Source of the DNA: an uncultured Candidatus Saccharibacteria bacterium | Lineage (GTDB): Bacteria > Patescibacteriota > Minisyncoccia > Phycocordibacterales > Phycocordibacteraceae | NCBI GenBank assembly: GCA_964507275.1 | Contig: CAZDPG010000001.1 | Span: 276,577-340,576, forward strand | Reading direction: 5' to 3' | Length of the DNA: 64,000 nucleotides | Shown here: positions 20,830-30,136 of the stretch, one piece after another | How the letters are laid out: every line of letters begins with the position of its first letter | Position numbering within the stretch: the stretch's first letter is position 1 | Program-made: the position numbers and the translations under genes | The notes under the pieces: model-generated | The model's input: the letters and a program-made list of their open reading frames with translations, nothing else | Told to the model about the DNA's origin: nothing | The model's database searches: none

Positions 20830-21957
20830 TCAAAAATCAGACTCCTGCCACCCAAGCGAGAGAAGGTAGCCCTTAAAGCTGCTATCTATCTTTCCTAGAG
20901 CAACGAGCTGCTGAATCCGTGCGGAGGGAACCTCTTCTGTTCTCACGGAACGGAGATAATCCACCGAAGTAGCATGAATACTCCTCTCATTACCTAACCT
21001 GAATGATGCGAGGAGGTTCCTAATGTCTTGGGCACGCGTATCTCCATACCGATTCGCGAGAAAAGAAGCATATCTGAGTGCATAAGAGTTCCCTGGTTTG
21101 TCGCCTAGGGCGGTGGCGTACTGCACGCCATCCCCGAAATAAGGTTCCGCTTGTTCCGGACCACTAATTACACCAAGCGTCGCAAGATTATCAACCGTAC
21201 TTCCTGCTCGTACGAGAACTTCTGGAACAAGAAATCTTTCTTCACCGGCGCTCCGCATCCTCACGAGATCGGCGCCCGCCGCCTCCAGTCCTTGAACAAC
21301 ACGCGCGATGTATTCTTTCCCTTGCGGTGTTGACGTCGCTGCCTGTATCCCGAGGAGTTCGTCACTATACCCGTGGGCGATAAGCGCTTCACTGAGCGCG
21401 AACGGATATATGCTCGCAGCATGCTCAAAGAGTTTGATATACGCCATATTTAAGCTAGCACCGTTGTTCCTGAACGAACTATAAGGCGAATCCTTGAATG
21501 TCTCTGTGATGATCTTCTGGAGCGTTATGCTCCCCGAACCCGAATATGTGTGGTACATGAGACCGACGCTCGTGAGCGCAGCGGCACGAATGACGGCGTA
21601 ACTAGATGAGTCAGCGGCAATGGCCTTGAACTGAATGATTGCCTCTTCATATCTACCCAACTGTTCAGTCTCGCGCGCGATGTCGAGTGCTATCTGCGCT
21701 CTCTGGAAATCATCTTCTGCCACATCGAGAGACTTTTGATAACTCTTCAATGCAAGACCATGCTTCCCTTCTTTTCGAAGACCCTCCGCTACTGCATAAT
21801 CCGAATTGTACTTCATCAAGACACTGGCAGGAGTCTGACTAGCTGAGTATATCTGGGACGGCATACTTAAGATGACGTACCACACGGCGCCAGTGATGAG
21901 GAACAGTGGGAGTATGACGAAAATCCAAATCCTATTTATTGCTGTTGACTCCATCAT
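20830..21957 (-). CDS. Membrane-anchored hypothetical protein (helical-repeat or TPR-like region)
   Basis: N-terminal TM helix, then an Ala/Leu-rich helical region. Confidence 0.5.
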   Translation of the reverse strand: MMESTAINRIWIFVILPLFLITGAVWYVILSMPSQIYSASQTPASVLMKYNSDYAVAEGLRKEGKHGLALKSYQKSLDVAEDDFQRAQIALDIARETEQLGRYEEAIIQFKAIAADSSSYAVIRAAALTSVGLMYHTYSGSGSITLQKIITETFKDSPYSSFRNNGASLNMAYIKLFEHAASIYPFALSEALIAHGYSDELLGIQAATSTPQGKEYIARVVQGLEAAGADLVRMRSAGEERFLVPEVLVRAGSTVDNLATLGVISGPEQAEPYFGDGVQYATALGDKPGNSYALRYASFLANRYGDTRAQDIRNLLASFRLGNERSIHATSVDYLRSVRTEEVPSARIQQLVALGKIDSSFKGYLLSLGWQESDF

Positions 21958-22035
21958 GTATGTGGAAGTATAGCAACCCGAGAGGCGCTTAACATGCAGA
22001 GACAGCGGGAGTGTGTGAACAAGTTAGATGTCGCT

Positions 22036-22926
22036 TCACTTCTCGAACTCCGCGCGCGCAGCATCCAGGTTCCTCGCGATGCTCATCTGCATCTCTTCAA
22101 TACCCGCACGGGTAGCTGAAGGGTCATTCCCCGGATATGCTTTCTGCCATTCAACTTCGGTAAGGGATACAGCGAACGTCTGCGCCTTTGTCAGCGCGGA
22201 AACTGCTTCCGTGGGATTCCCCGAGTTCAGTTCCATCACACCGAGAGCATTCCAGAGCCACGGGTTCGTGTCACCGCCATCAGCCCTTTCGATTCCCTCT
22301 TTAAGCGTCGCGAGGGCGTGAGCATACCGTGTACCCTTTGCGAGCACGAATGCCAGGTCGTTGTACCCTGCCCACTCGCGTGGCGCCCAAGCTACGAACT
22401 CCTTGAAATCCTGCTCAGCACGGACGAGATCCCCCGGAAAGCCTCGATATGCGTATGCGAGACCGCGCATATACAACGCTCGTCTATTCTCCGGGAAAAG
22501 AGAAAGCTCCTTGGCAAGATCCGTAAGCGATGCACTGAAATCTGATTGAATGAACTCTATGCGAGCACGCATGTAATGTGCAAGCGGCAGTGATGGGTTG
22601 ATTACTGATGCTCTGCTAAAGGATCTCTTGGCAAGAGACAGATCATAAAGATGATTCTCTGCCGTGCCGATAGCCGTTTGGTTTCCGAAATAATAACTCC
22701 CGATAATAAAAGCTAGGTCTGCATCTGACCTATCGAGCGCGAGCGCGAGCTCGCCCGCGTGCCACTCGTCCCAAACATAGCGAGCGGCAATCGTCGGCAA
22801 GGGAGTGAAGAACCAGACGGTCGCCACAACAACGAGCGTTGCTATCGCAACCATAAAAAAGAAAAATCCTTCTTTTCTGAAGAGACTCATCATACATGAC
22901 GATAGTAACATGACTGGACTGGGCAT
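22036..22926 (-). CDS. Membrane-anchored TPR-like repeat protein
   Basis: N-terminal hydrophobic anchor followed by repeated A..Y…A..G helical pairs. Confidence 0.5.
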   Translation of the reverse strand: MPSPVMLLSSCMMSLFRKEGFFFFMVAIATLVVVATVWFFTPLPTIAARYVWDEWHAGELALALDRSDADLAFIIGSYYFGNQTAIGTAENHLYDLSLAKRSFSRASVINPSLPLAHYMRARIEFIQSDFSASLTDLAKELSLFPENRRALYMRGLAYAYRGFPGDLVRAEQDFKEFVAWAPREWAGYNDLAFVLAKGTRYAHALATLKEGIERADGGDTNPWLWNALGVMELNSGNPTEAVSALTKAQTFAVSLTEVEWQKAYPGNDPSATRAGIEEMQMSIARNLDAARAEFEK

Positions 22927-22989
22927 AAATCCAAAGAAGAAGACCCACGCGCGCGGAGGCGGAGGGTCTTTGGCAACATGCCGAATTGT

Positions 22990-23598
22990 TTACTGGATCC
23001 GATACTTCATCAGCTCACGGACGATGAGTCCGGAGCCCGCGCGATCGCCATCATCGGAGAAGGTTCTTTTGACGAAGTTCTTGACGGCCGGAGCGTACCA
23101 CCATATGTCGGTGATGGTGCCACTTGAAATCGCGCCGAAGCCAGCCGACCCGGTGTACTTGTTCACGAATACGACTTTAAAAGCATCGAACGTGCCTGCT
23201 GGCACTTCGATCTTCTCGATTGCAACCACTTCGCGCGTGACGTTGAAATCCCAGTGCAGCCCTTGTGCATCATCGCTCGCCTTGTACGACTCCTTGCCAA
23301 TCTTTATCGGAAAAGTGAAATCGAGACTCTTGGCGGCAGTCGTTACGCCCCCTTTATCCTTCCCGAAGGGAACCTTCTGCCCGCCGATATCGGCAGTGAA
23401 CCCGCCCGTCGCAACGACGTCTATCACCGTCACCGAAAACAGCGAACTCGGATTACTCCTCCTGGTGTCGAGATAGGAGTATTCCCACGTATCGCCCACA
23501 TGACGATCTGGCAGATCCGCTTGCTGGACGAGGTCCTGGGCACTGACTGGCATGATTGCAGCAAACGCAAGTGTGATAACGGCTATAAGTGCTTTCAT
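22990..23598 (-). CDS. Secreted hypothetical protein (cleavable signal peptide)
   Basis: MKALIAVITLAFAAIMPVSAQD is a Sec signal with an AxA site, followed by a beta-rich mature part. Confidence 0.55.
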   Translation of the reverse strand: MKALIAVITLAFAAIMPVSAQDLVQQADLPDRHVGDTWEYSYLDTRRSNPSSLFSVTVIDVVATGGFTADIGGQKVPFGKDKGGVTTAAKSLDFTFPIKIGKESYKASDDAQGLHWDFNVTREVVAIEKIEVPAGTFDAFKVVFVNKYTGSAGFGAISSGTITDIWWYAPAVKNFVKRTFSDDGDRAGSGLIVRELMKYRIQ

Positions 23599-23715
23599 GG
23601 CTTTCCTCTCTTTTTATCGTGTCGAGTTACAAACAACCGCAGAGCAACACGCCCTCACGATTTCCAGAAGCTATTGTACACAATTTACTAAGTCTGTCAA
23701 GTCCCCTCGTTATTG

Positions 23716-24963
23716 TTATTTGAATGTCTCTTCCAGTGCAAAATCCTTATCGGTCCACCCGTCTTTCGCGACGAGGAATGCGTGCAGTGTAGGACTCCGA
23801 CGAGCAACCGCGGCGATGTTTTCTCTTCGATAAGCATTCGAGAAATCAGTGCTCTTCGAGCCGATGAGTCTCCTCATAGCCCACGAATTCCTGCTCAGAG
23901 TGTTGAACGGCGGCACACCCGTCAGACGCCTAACCAGGGTTTCTATGGTGTCGTTATTTTCTGAAGTATTCTCCGAGAATCTGGCGAGATGCGCGGCATA
24001 CAGATACGTCGTATACGTGTCCAGGCCGACCGCCTCAGACTTGGCGATGGAGTGTGCGGTCTTGAGCATTTCTGTCGCATCCAGACCTGCGGCCTCAGGG
24101 AATTCATTCCCGAGATGATACAGCGTGATGCCGTCCATGATGATGGACAGATTATCCAAGCCAGCGACCGTGTCATATGCTGATATTCCACTTACGGAAG
24201 GAGAGAGTACCTTCTTGGCACCCGTAACAGCACGGCCGAGGAGCATGTGGGACAACGCCTTAAACTTCGCTAGAGTCTCCGCGTCCGTACCCGGTGTCCG
24301 AGAGATATACATGTAGTAGCTTCCGATTATCAAAGAGGCGTTGGCTGACGCAGCGAAAGCGTCTTCCCTCTCGCTCAGGGCTACGAGGTAGCTCGCGGCG
24401 AATCTCGTCTTCTGCCCGGAAGTTATCCCTTCGGCAGAAGCCGCCAGCTCTCGAGGGAAGAACACTGTCTCCGCAACTGATCTGAATTGCTGCAGGAATG
24501 GAGAGGTGGTTACTGCAGGAATGAGAATCCGCGGATCATCGACCGCATCATTGATGAGGAAGAACGCAGCGACGCTCTTGAATGACTCTGCGTTTACACT
24601 GTCTGAATCGAGAATCTTGAGCAGATAGGCAACGTTTTCCCGCGTGGCGCCAAAAGAGGCCGCGAGTCGGGACAAATCAAACAACCGAGAGACTTCATCG
24701 ATGGTTTCTGCCTTGAGCGTATCCGCTTTCGGTAGCCTGCTCAGAATGCTTGCGTCTGCTCGCTGTATCGCCTGGAGATATTCCATGTTGTGCTGCTCTA
24801 TGAATATATCGCTTCCCCTTACTTCTTCACTAGTTTCGGAAGGGGCTCCCGCGATATTAATGTTAACGTCCTCCGATACTTTCTGGTAATACAGGAACGC
24901 TCCGACGGCGATGGAGCTTACCAAGACGACTATGACGGACCCCACCAATAATCGATTGTTCAT
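23716..24963 (-). CDS. Membrane-anchored hypothetical protein (415 aa)
   Basis: N-terminal TM anchor followed by a large extracytoplasmic domain with no recognisable motif. Confidence 0.5.
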   Translation of the reverse strand: MNNRLLVGSVIVVLVSSIAVGAFLYYQKVSEDVNINIAGAPSETSEEVRGSDIFIEQHNMEYLQAIQRADASILSRLPKADTLKAETIDEVSRLFDLSRLAASFGATRENVAYLLKILDSDSVNAESFKSVAAFFLINDAVDDPRILIPAVTTSPFLQQFRSVAETVFFPRELAASAEGITSGQKTRFAASYLVALSEREDAFAASANASLIIGSYYMYISRTPGTDAETLAKFKALSHMLLGRAVTGAKKVLSPSVSGISAYDTVAGLDNLSIIMDGITLYHLGNEFPEAAGLDATEMLKTAHSIAKSEAVGLDTYTTYLYAAHLARFSENTSENNDTIETLVRRLTGVPPFNTLSRNSWAMRRLIGSKSTDFSNAYRRENIAAVARRSPTLHAFLVAKDGWTDKDFALEETFK

Positions 24964-25604
24964 GCGGTTTTCCTAAAGACAATAGGTGTCATACGAAGAG
25001 AGCTACCGACCGCTCGACATATCGGCATACCGATGTACATCACCGTTCTTCCGAACAGGGATCCGGTCGTCTCCACTCCCATACGATATGCCATCTCCTT
25101 TGCCCATGGGAGCGCGAATAGCGCAACGAATGAGGTCGCTATGGAGGAAGACTTCATGAGGTGCACCACGGTCGGTGCCCACGCGTGATACCCGACCACG
25201 GTGTTAGGGTCCGATACCGAGAGCCGTCGCCCAAACGCTTGATCCGCACGCCAGACGCGCTCAGGCATAAGTCCCTGTCGGTACAGTTCCGTACATATGA
25301 CAGACCCGCCACCACCGCCACCACCGCCACCACCGTCAGCCCCGCAGGCGGCCGCCCCACTACTTGCACTGCCACAGTCACCAGATGCCGAACCGTCGCC
25401 GCCACCGAAACTGGCATCGCTACTTGGCGTTTCAGCGAGCGCGAACGGTATGTCTCCCGGAGAGCTGCCATGCGACAACACGTAATCAGAAACTCCCTTG
25501 TTCCCAACAAATACCGACATAAGTGCGGCTACCACCAAGGCGACGAGGTACACAGAGCCTTTTATTATTTTCTTCAGCATGGAAACGTACTTAGATATTC
25601 CCAC
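24960..25604 (-). CDS. Membrane-anchored protein with a Gly11 linker and a conserved-looking C-terminal domain
   Basis: TM anchor, a Ser/Gly/Asp-rich spacer with an 11-residue polyglycine run, then a compact C-terminal domain. The 4-bp overlap with the upstream gene indicates an operon. Confidence 0.45.
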   Translation of the reverse strand: MGISKYVSMLKKIIKGSVYLVALVVAALMSVFVGNKGVSDYVLSHGSSPGDIPFALAETPSSDASFGGGDGSASGDCGSASSGAAACGADGGGGGGGGGGSVICTELYRQGLMPERVWRADQAFGRRLSVSDPNTVVGYHAWAPTVVHLMKSSSIATSFVALFALPWAKEMAYRMGVETTGSLFGRTVMYIGMPICRAVGSSLRMTPIVFRKTA

Positions 25605-25689
25605 GGTAACAAAGTATCCACAATCACCTGATTGTGGACAGTCGGCAATGGAAATCCCGAATGGAAGACGATGATGCTAGAATGGCGCG

Positions 25690-27351
25690 ATGGGTAATGG
25701 CGCGGATGATTTAGTATCCCTCAAGCAGAAGATTGCACAAGTGTGTTTTGTGAGCGAAAAAGAATACGAGCAATTGACCTATGGGCTAATAGTTTCTACG
25801 TGGTTATTCAATATAAAGAAAGTGCTGCTTGAAGCTGGCACATTGGACAACATATCGGCACTCCTTTTAGAGAAGGTGCGCGCACGCGAAGACTTCCAGA
25901 TAGGAGGGGTGGAGAGTGCCGCCATCCCACTCATCTCGGGAATCATAATGAAGTCGAAAGAGCGCGGCATACCGGCAAACGGGTTTTTCATACGGAAGGG
26001 CCGCAAGAAAGGAGGGATGTTCCAGACTATCGAGGGATCGCTCGGTGACGAAAGAATCGTCCTAGTGGACGACATCATGAATACAGGGAAGAGCTTCATC
26101 AAGCAAATCGAAGTGCTTGAATCCGTCGGGAAGAAAGTCGATACTGTCCTCTCCATCATCAGGTTCCGCGATATGGCCTATTACGAATATTTTCATAAGC
26201 GCGGCATTATGGTGTTATCGCTCTTTACGCTCGATGATTTCAAGGATCTCATCCGTGTAGAGAATATCGTCGACAAGCAGAAGAGCGCCCCGACGATGCC
26301 CTTCCAAGTGATGTGGCGATTTCAGAGCGAGAAGCCGAATTATTTCTATGTGGTGCCTAAGTCAGCGCCAGCAATCGATGACACGCGTATCTATTTCGGG
26401 AGCGACGTCGGCGTCTTCTGGGCGCTGAACCAAGAGGACGGGTCGGTGGCATGGAAACACACTGTCATGTTCGGCGCGGGAGGGAAGATGATATTTTCCT
26501 CTCCCGCCCTCTCCAATGATACCGTCTTCTTCGGCGCGTATGACGGAAATTTCTATGCGCTCGACAAAGAGACCGGGAAGAAGAAGTGGGTCTTCATGGA
26601 GGCTGACTGGATCGGCTCATCGCCCTGCATATCAGACAAGCTCGGGCTGGTGTATGTCGGTCTGGAATTCGGCCTCTGGAAGAAACAGGGCGGTATCGCT
26701 GCGCTCTCCATGGGGACCGGCAAGAAGGTCTGGGAATACCCGATGCCCGGCCTCACCCACTCGTCTCCTGCGTATTCGGCACGGCACAATGTCGTGGTGT
26801 GCGGATGCAACGACAACACGGTCTACGCTCTGCATGCCAAGACTGGCGCGCTCCTGTGGAAGTTTGAGACCGGGGGCGAGGTGAAAACATCTTTCGCATT
26901 CGACGAGAAGCGCGGATTGGTCTGCTTCGGCTCATTCGACACGCATCTCTACATACTGAATGTGAAGACGGGCGCGCTCGTGCACAAGATACCGACCGGC
27001 GAAGCGATCTACTCGACGCCGCTCGTATACGGCTCATACGTCTATATCGCATCGCTCGACAAGAATCTCTACTGCGTACATCTGGACACGGGGGCCGTGG
27101 CGTGGAAATTCGCGACCAACGGGAGGATCTTCTCCTCGCCTGAAGTGATAGACGGCAAGATCTATATCGGCTCTAACGATGGCCGGCTGTACGAGCTCGA
27201 TGCGCAGACCGGGACGTGTGTCGGATTCTTCCAGACGGCTGAACGTATCACGAACAAGCTCGCTTACAACAAGCAAACGCGAAATGTTTTCCTCCCGACC
27301 TTTGCGAACGAAATATATTGCCTGACGAGGAAGCATCCTGCAAAACAATAA
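25690..27351 (+). CDS. Fusion protein: type I phosphoribosyltransferase (orotate-PRTase-like) domain plus PQQ-type beta-propeller repeats
   Basis: PRPP-binding motif ERIVLVDDIMNTGKSF and an OPRT-like flexible loop FFIRKGRKKGG. At least 7 repeats of the G.DG.(V/L)YALD..TG...WK PQQ-propeller type follow. Confidence 0.8.
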   Translation: MGNGADDLVSLKQKIAQVCFVSEKEYEQLTYGLIVSTWLFNIKKVLLEAGTLDNISALLLEKVRAREDFQIGGVESAAIPLISGIIMKSKERGIPANGFFIRKGRKKGGMFQTIEGSLGDERIVLVDDIMNTGKSFIKQIEVLESVGKKVDTVLSIIRFRDMAYYEYFHKRGIMVLSLFTLDDFKDLIRVENIVDKQKSAPTMPFQVMWRFQSEKPNYFYVVPKSAPAIDDTRIYFGSDVGVFWALNQEDGSVAWKHTVMFGAGGKMIFSSPALSNDTVFFGAYDGNFYALDKETGKKKWVFMEADWIGSSPCISDKLGLVYVGLEFGLWKKQGGIAALSMGTGKKVWEYPMPGLTHSSPAYSARHNVVVCGCNDNTVYALHAKTGALLWKFETGGEVKTSFAFDEKRGLVCFGSFDTHLYILNVKTGALVHKIPTGEAIYSTPLVYGSYVYIASLDKNLYCVHLDTGAVAWKFATNGRIFSSPEVIDGKIYIGSNDGRLYELDAQTGTCVGFFQTAERITNKLAYNKQTRNVFLPTFANEIYCLTRKHPAKQ

Positions 27352-27380
27352 TCGCCACATGCTTTCGCATCCGGCGATTA
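27350..27380 (+). terminator. Putative terminator after the PRTase-propeller gene
   Basis: Stem aatcgcc…ggcgatt around a large loop, followed by a weak T tract. Confidence 0.3.
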
Positions 27381-27387
27381 TGTTCTG

Positions 27388-27460
27388 TGGACCGTACAGG
27401 ATTCGAACCTGCGACCCCCTCATTGCAAATGAGGTGCTCTACCAACTGAGCTAACGGCCC
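27388..27460 (-). tRNA. tRNA-Ala (anticodon TGC)
   Basis: 73-nt cloverleaf GGGCCGT-TA-GCTC-AGTTGGTA-GAGC, anticodon loop TTTGCAA, G3:U70, T-loop TTCGAAT. Confidence 0.9.
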
Positions 27461-27502
27461 GAACGAAGGAATAATACCACACGCAATTCCTATGCAAATA
27501 CT

Positions 27503-28465
27503 CTACCGCGAGAGCGCTAAATTGACCAGATGTGAGAAGAAATCAGGAAGCGGGATGCCGACTGTTGCAAGGGACTTGGGCATGAGCGACTCCGGCGTGA
27601 GTCCTGGAAGCGTATTGGTTTCGAGATAATAGACGCCTTTCGGCGTAACGATGAAATCACTCCGCGAGTAATGACGTAGACCAAGTGTGCGATGTACGAG
27701 ACGCGCAACTCGTTGTAATTCTTCGGCGGCAACGCGAGAGAAATTACCCGGACAGACTTCGCGTGTGGCACCCGAGTATTTCGCACCATAGGAGAAGAAA
27801 TCTCCTTCTGGCGGGATGATCTCGATGGCCGGTAACGCGTAGAGCGGTTCGCCACGGAAGTTCTCGACGATACCGACCGTTGCCTCCTTGCCACGAATAT
27901 ATTCTTCGACGAGTACACTCGGCGCGCCGAGCGCGAAGAGGTTCTGAATCGCGGTAAGTACCGGGGCGTACCCGCCCACGACCGACACACCGACTGAAGA
28001 ACCCCAGCCGATGGGCTTCACGACGACTGGCTGATGGAAAGAGCGGATGACATCCTGTGCGACGGCTTCGCTTTCGTCTTCGTTTTCTACAAGACGAAAA
28101 TCCGGTGTGAGCAGCCCTGCCTCCCGCGCGTGCATCTTCGCCATGACTTTATGCATCGCGAGATACGAGCCGAATGAATCTGCACCGGCATAGGGAACGC
28201 CGAAACGCTCTAGGAGCTTCTGCACTTCCCCATCTTCTCCGTATTCGCCGTGCAGACCGACAAGCACGACGTCGAGCTGTCGCAATATACGCTCAGGAGT
28301 GGTTAATCGTCCGCGATCGTGCCACTGTCCTTGTTTGTCTATATAAATATCGCGCGTACTGAAACGCTCACCGGGGAGGTGTGCGAGCATAGCAGCGCCC
28401 GTCTTGAGCGAGACTTCATGTTCGCGCGATGGTCCGCCCCGGAGCACCCCGACGATGGTTTGCAT
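27503..28465 (-). CDS. ddl: D-alanine--D-alanine ligase
   Basis: N-terminal VGVLRGGPSREHEVSLKTG and ATP-grasp blocks. Confidence 0.92.
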   Translation of the reverse strand: MQTIVGVLRGGPSREHEVSLKTGAAMLAHLPGERFSTRDIYIDKQGQWHDRGRLTTPERILRQLDVVLVGLHGEYGEDGEVQKLLERFGVPYAGADSFGSYLAMHKVMAKMHAREAGLLTPDFRLVENEDESEAVAQDVIRSFHQPVVVKPIGWGSSVGVSVVGGYAPVLTAIQNLFALGAPSVLVEEYIRGKEATVGIVENFRGEPLYALPAIEIIPPEGDFFSYGAKYSGATREVCPGNFSRVAAEELQRVARLVHRTLGLRHYSRSDFIVTPKGVYYLETNTLPGLTPESLMPKSLATVGIPLPDFFSHLVNLALSR

Positions 28466-28483
28466 GGGGAAAGTATAGCAGAC

Positions 28484-29728
28484 TCACTTCAGACGTATGT
28501 CTCGCGAACGGGCCTGCCGGTGCTTCGCAAGAGAGAATCGGTGCGCCTCGCTGTTGGCAAGGACGGCATCTGCTTCGGAGACACGCTCGCGACGGGCGCC
28601 TATAATCTCACGCGGGCGATGCCGCTCGTCTTTGACGACTGCGATGACGGGAATCATGACACCCGCCTCGGCAAGTACCGCCTCTGCTGCCTTCTTCTGC
28701 ATTTTGCCGCCATCGACGACAATCACTTTCGGCAACGACCACTCCGGGTGCCCGAGACGCCGCGACAGGATTTCTTTAAGCGAGGCAATGTCGTCGTTCT
28801 TTTGCACACCGCGTATACGAAACGTTCGATACTCTTTTCTATTCGGTGCGCCACCCTCGACAACGACCATCACACCAATTGCGTTCGTTCCCGACAGATG
28901 TGCCGTGTCATACGCTTCAATTCGACCACTGACATACCCACTACGAGTATCCTTGAGGTTCTCATCTTTGATGAGCGATACGTCCTGTATATGATTGAGC
29001 GCGAAAAGCTCGCGCCGCGCTTCTGCTGCGTCTTCGAACCGCTCTTCTTTTGCTGCCTGCTTCATTTCTTTCTCGAGCATTGCGCGCAATTCTTTTCCAC
29101 GACCGCTCAGGAAGAGCATCACGCGACGTATCGTGCGGCGGTATTCCTTTTCGCTAAACGCGCGGGGATACTGCTTGATCTGTGTATTGAATTCTATCTT
29201 GGCCGCCTGGTGCTTACTCTTCGTCCCGACCGGCTTCGGCGTATCGAAGAACGGAAAGATACGCCTAATGAGGCGCAGACCTTCTTTCAGCTGCGCGCCT
29301 GAAGGGAACGGCCCGTAAATCGATTTTAGCGAATAACCGTCTGTCGTCTGCTTCTTAAAATCAATATCCTTCCCGCGTATCATGAGCACGCGAGGGATCT
29401 CTTCTTCGGTGATGCCGACATAGAGGAATGTCGAGTCGTCCTTTCCGTCGACATTCGCCTTCGGTTGATATTTCTTGATGAGCGCAGCCTCACGCACGAG
29501 TGCCTCGAGGACGGTCGGAGTCGCCTCATGCACGATACGGTCGGCCTTCGTCACCATATCGACGATGCGCGGTCCGCGCGTTGCAATGAGGTCATCGTCG
29601 AAATAGCTCCGCACCCGACTGCGTAGCGACGTAGCTTTCCCTACGTACAGTACCGTACGTCCCTTCCTGAACAGGTACACGCCCGGCACGTCCGGCAGGT
29701 CGAATTTAGCTAGATTTTTCCTTTCCAC
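28484..29728 (-). CDS. uvrC: Excinuclease ABC subunit C, short form lacking the C-terminal (HhH)2 domain
   Basis: GIY-YIG motif GVYLFRKGRTVLYVGKATSLRSRVRSYF, UVR motif EERFEDAAEARRELFAL and an RNase-H-like endonuclease region. The protein ends at aa 414 with no HhH. Confidence 0.85.
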   Translation of the reverse strand: MERKNLAKFDLPDVPGVYLFRKGRTVLYVGKATSLRSRVRSYFDDDLIATRGPRIVDMVTKADRIVHEATPTVLEALVREAALIKKYQPKANVDGKDDSTFLYVGITEEEIPRVLMIRGKDIDFKKQTTDGYSLKSIYGPFPSGAQLKEGLRLIRRIFPFFDTPKPVGTKSKHQAAKIEFNTQIKQYPRAFSEKEYRRTIRRVMLFLSGRGKELRAMLEKEMKQAAKEERFEDAAEARRELFALNHIQDVSLIKDENLKDTRSGYVSGRIEAYDTAHLSGTNAIGVMVVVEGGAPNRKEYRTFRIRGVQKNDDIASLKEILSRRLGHPEWSLPKVIVVDGGKMQKKAAEAVLAEAGVMIPVIAVVKDERHRPREIIGARRERVSEADAVLANSEAHRFSLAKHRQARSRDIRLK

Positions 29729-29766
29729 ATCTTTAGTGTGCCCTATCTAAAGACTTTCTATAAGAC

Positions 29767-29794
29767 TTGACAAATATTTATACATGTGTATACT
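29767..29794 (+). promoter_or_regulatory. Sigma-70-like promoter (TTGACA, 16 bp, TATACT with an adjacent TG)
   Basis: A near-consensus -35/-10 pair about 50 bp upstream of the 29844 ORF. It lies in the divergent region with uvrC. Confidence 0.35.
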
Positions 29795-29843
29795 TTGGAG
29801 CATCGGTTAGATTGATCTTTCAACCAACAGACGGGGGGTTCAT

Positions 29844-30068
29844 ATGTACACTGCAATCGGCTGGATCGGCATGATCTTGTTTCTGCTCAACTACGCAGCA
29901 GTCGCCAATGAAAAAATCAAGGCGACGAGCAAGCTGTACAACGCAATACAGGTCATCGCCGCCGTGGCAATTGCAATCAGCCTGCTGCCAGGCGAGGGCA
30001 CATTGCCAACAATCCTTCTAGAACTTGCCTTCGTGATTATCGGCCTCGTGGCCATCTTCAAGAAGTAA
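29844..30068 (+). CDS. Small two-TM membrane protein (hypothetical)
   Basis: 74-aa hydrophobic ORF with a good promoter upstream. Confidence 0.35.
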   Translation: MYTAIGWIGMILFLLNYAAVANEKIKATSKLYNAIQVIAAVAIAISLLPGEGTLPTILLELAFVIIGLVAIFKK

Positions 30069-30136
30069 GTACCGAGAAACACAAAAGCTGACGCGTGGAA
30101 GAGGGCAAACTAGCTCTCCTCCCCACCGTCAGCTTT

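Noticed and set aside
27034-27445. Two minus-strand ORFs (129 and 65 aa) around 27.0-27.4 kb
   Set aside because: One overlaps tRNA-Ala(TGC) and the other is antisense to the end of the PRTase-propeller gene. No coding signal.
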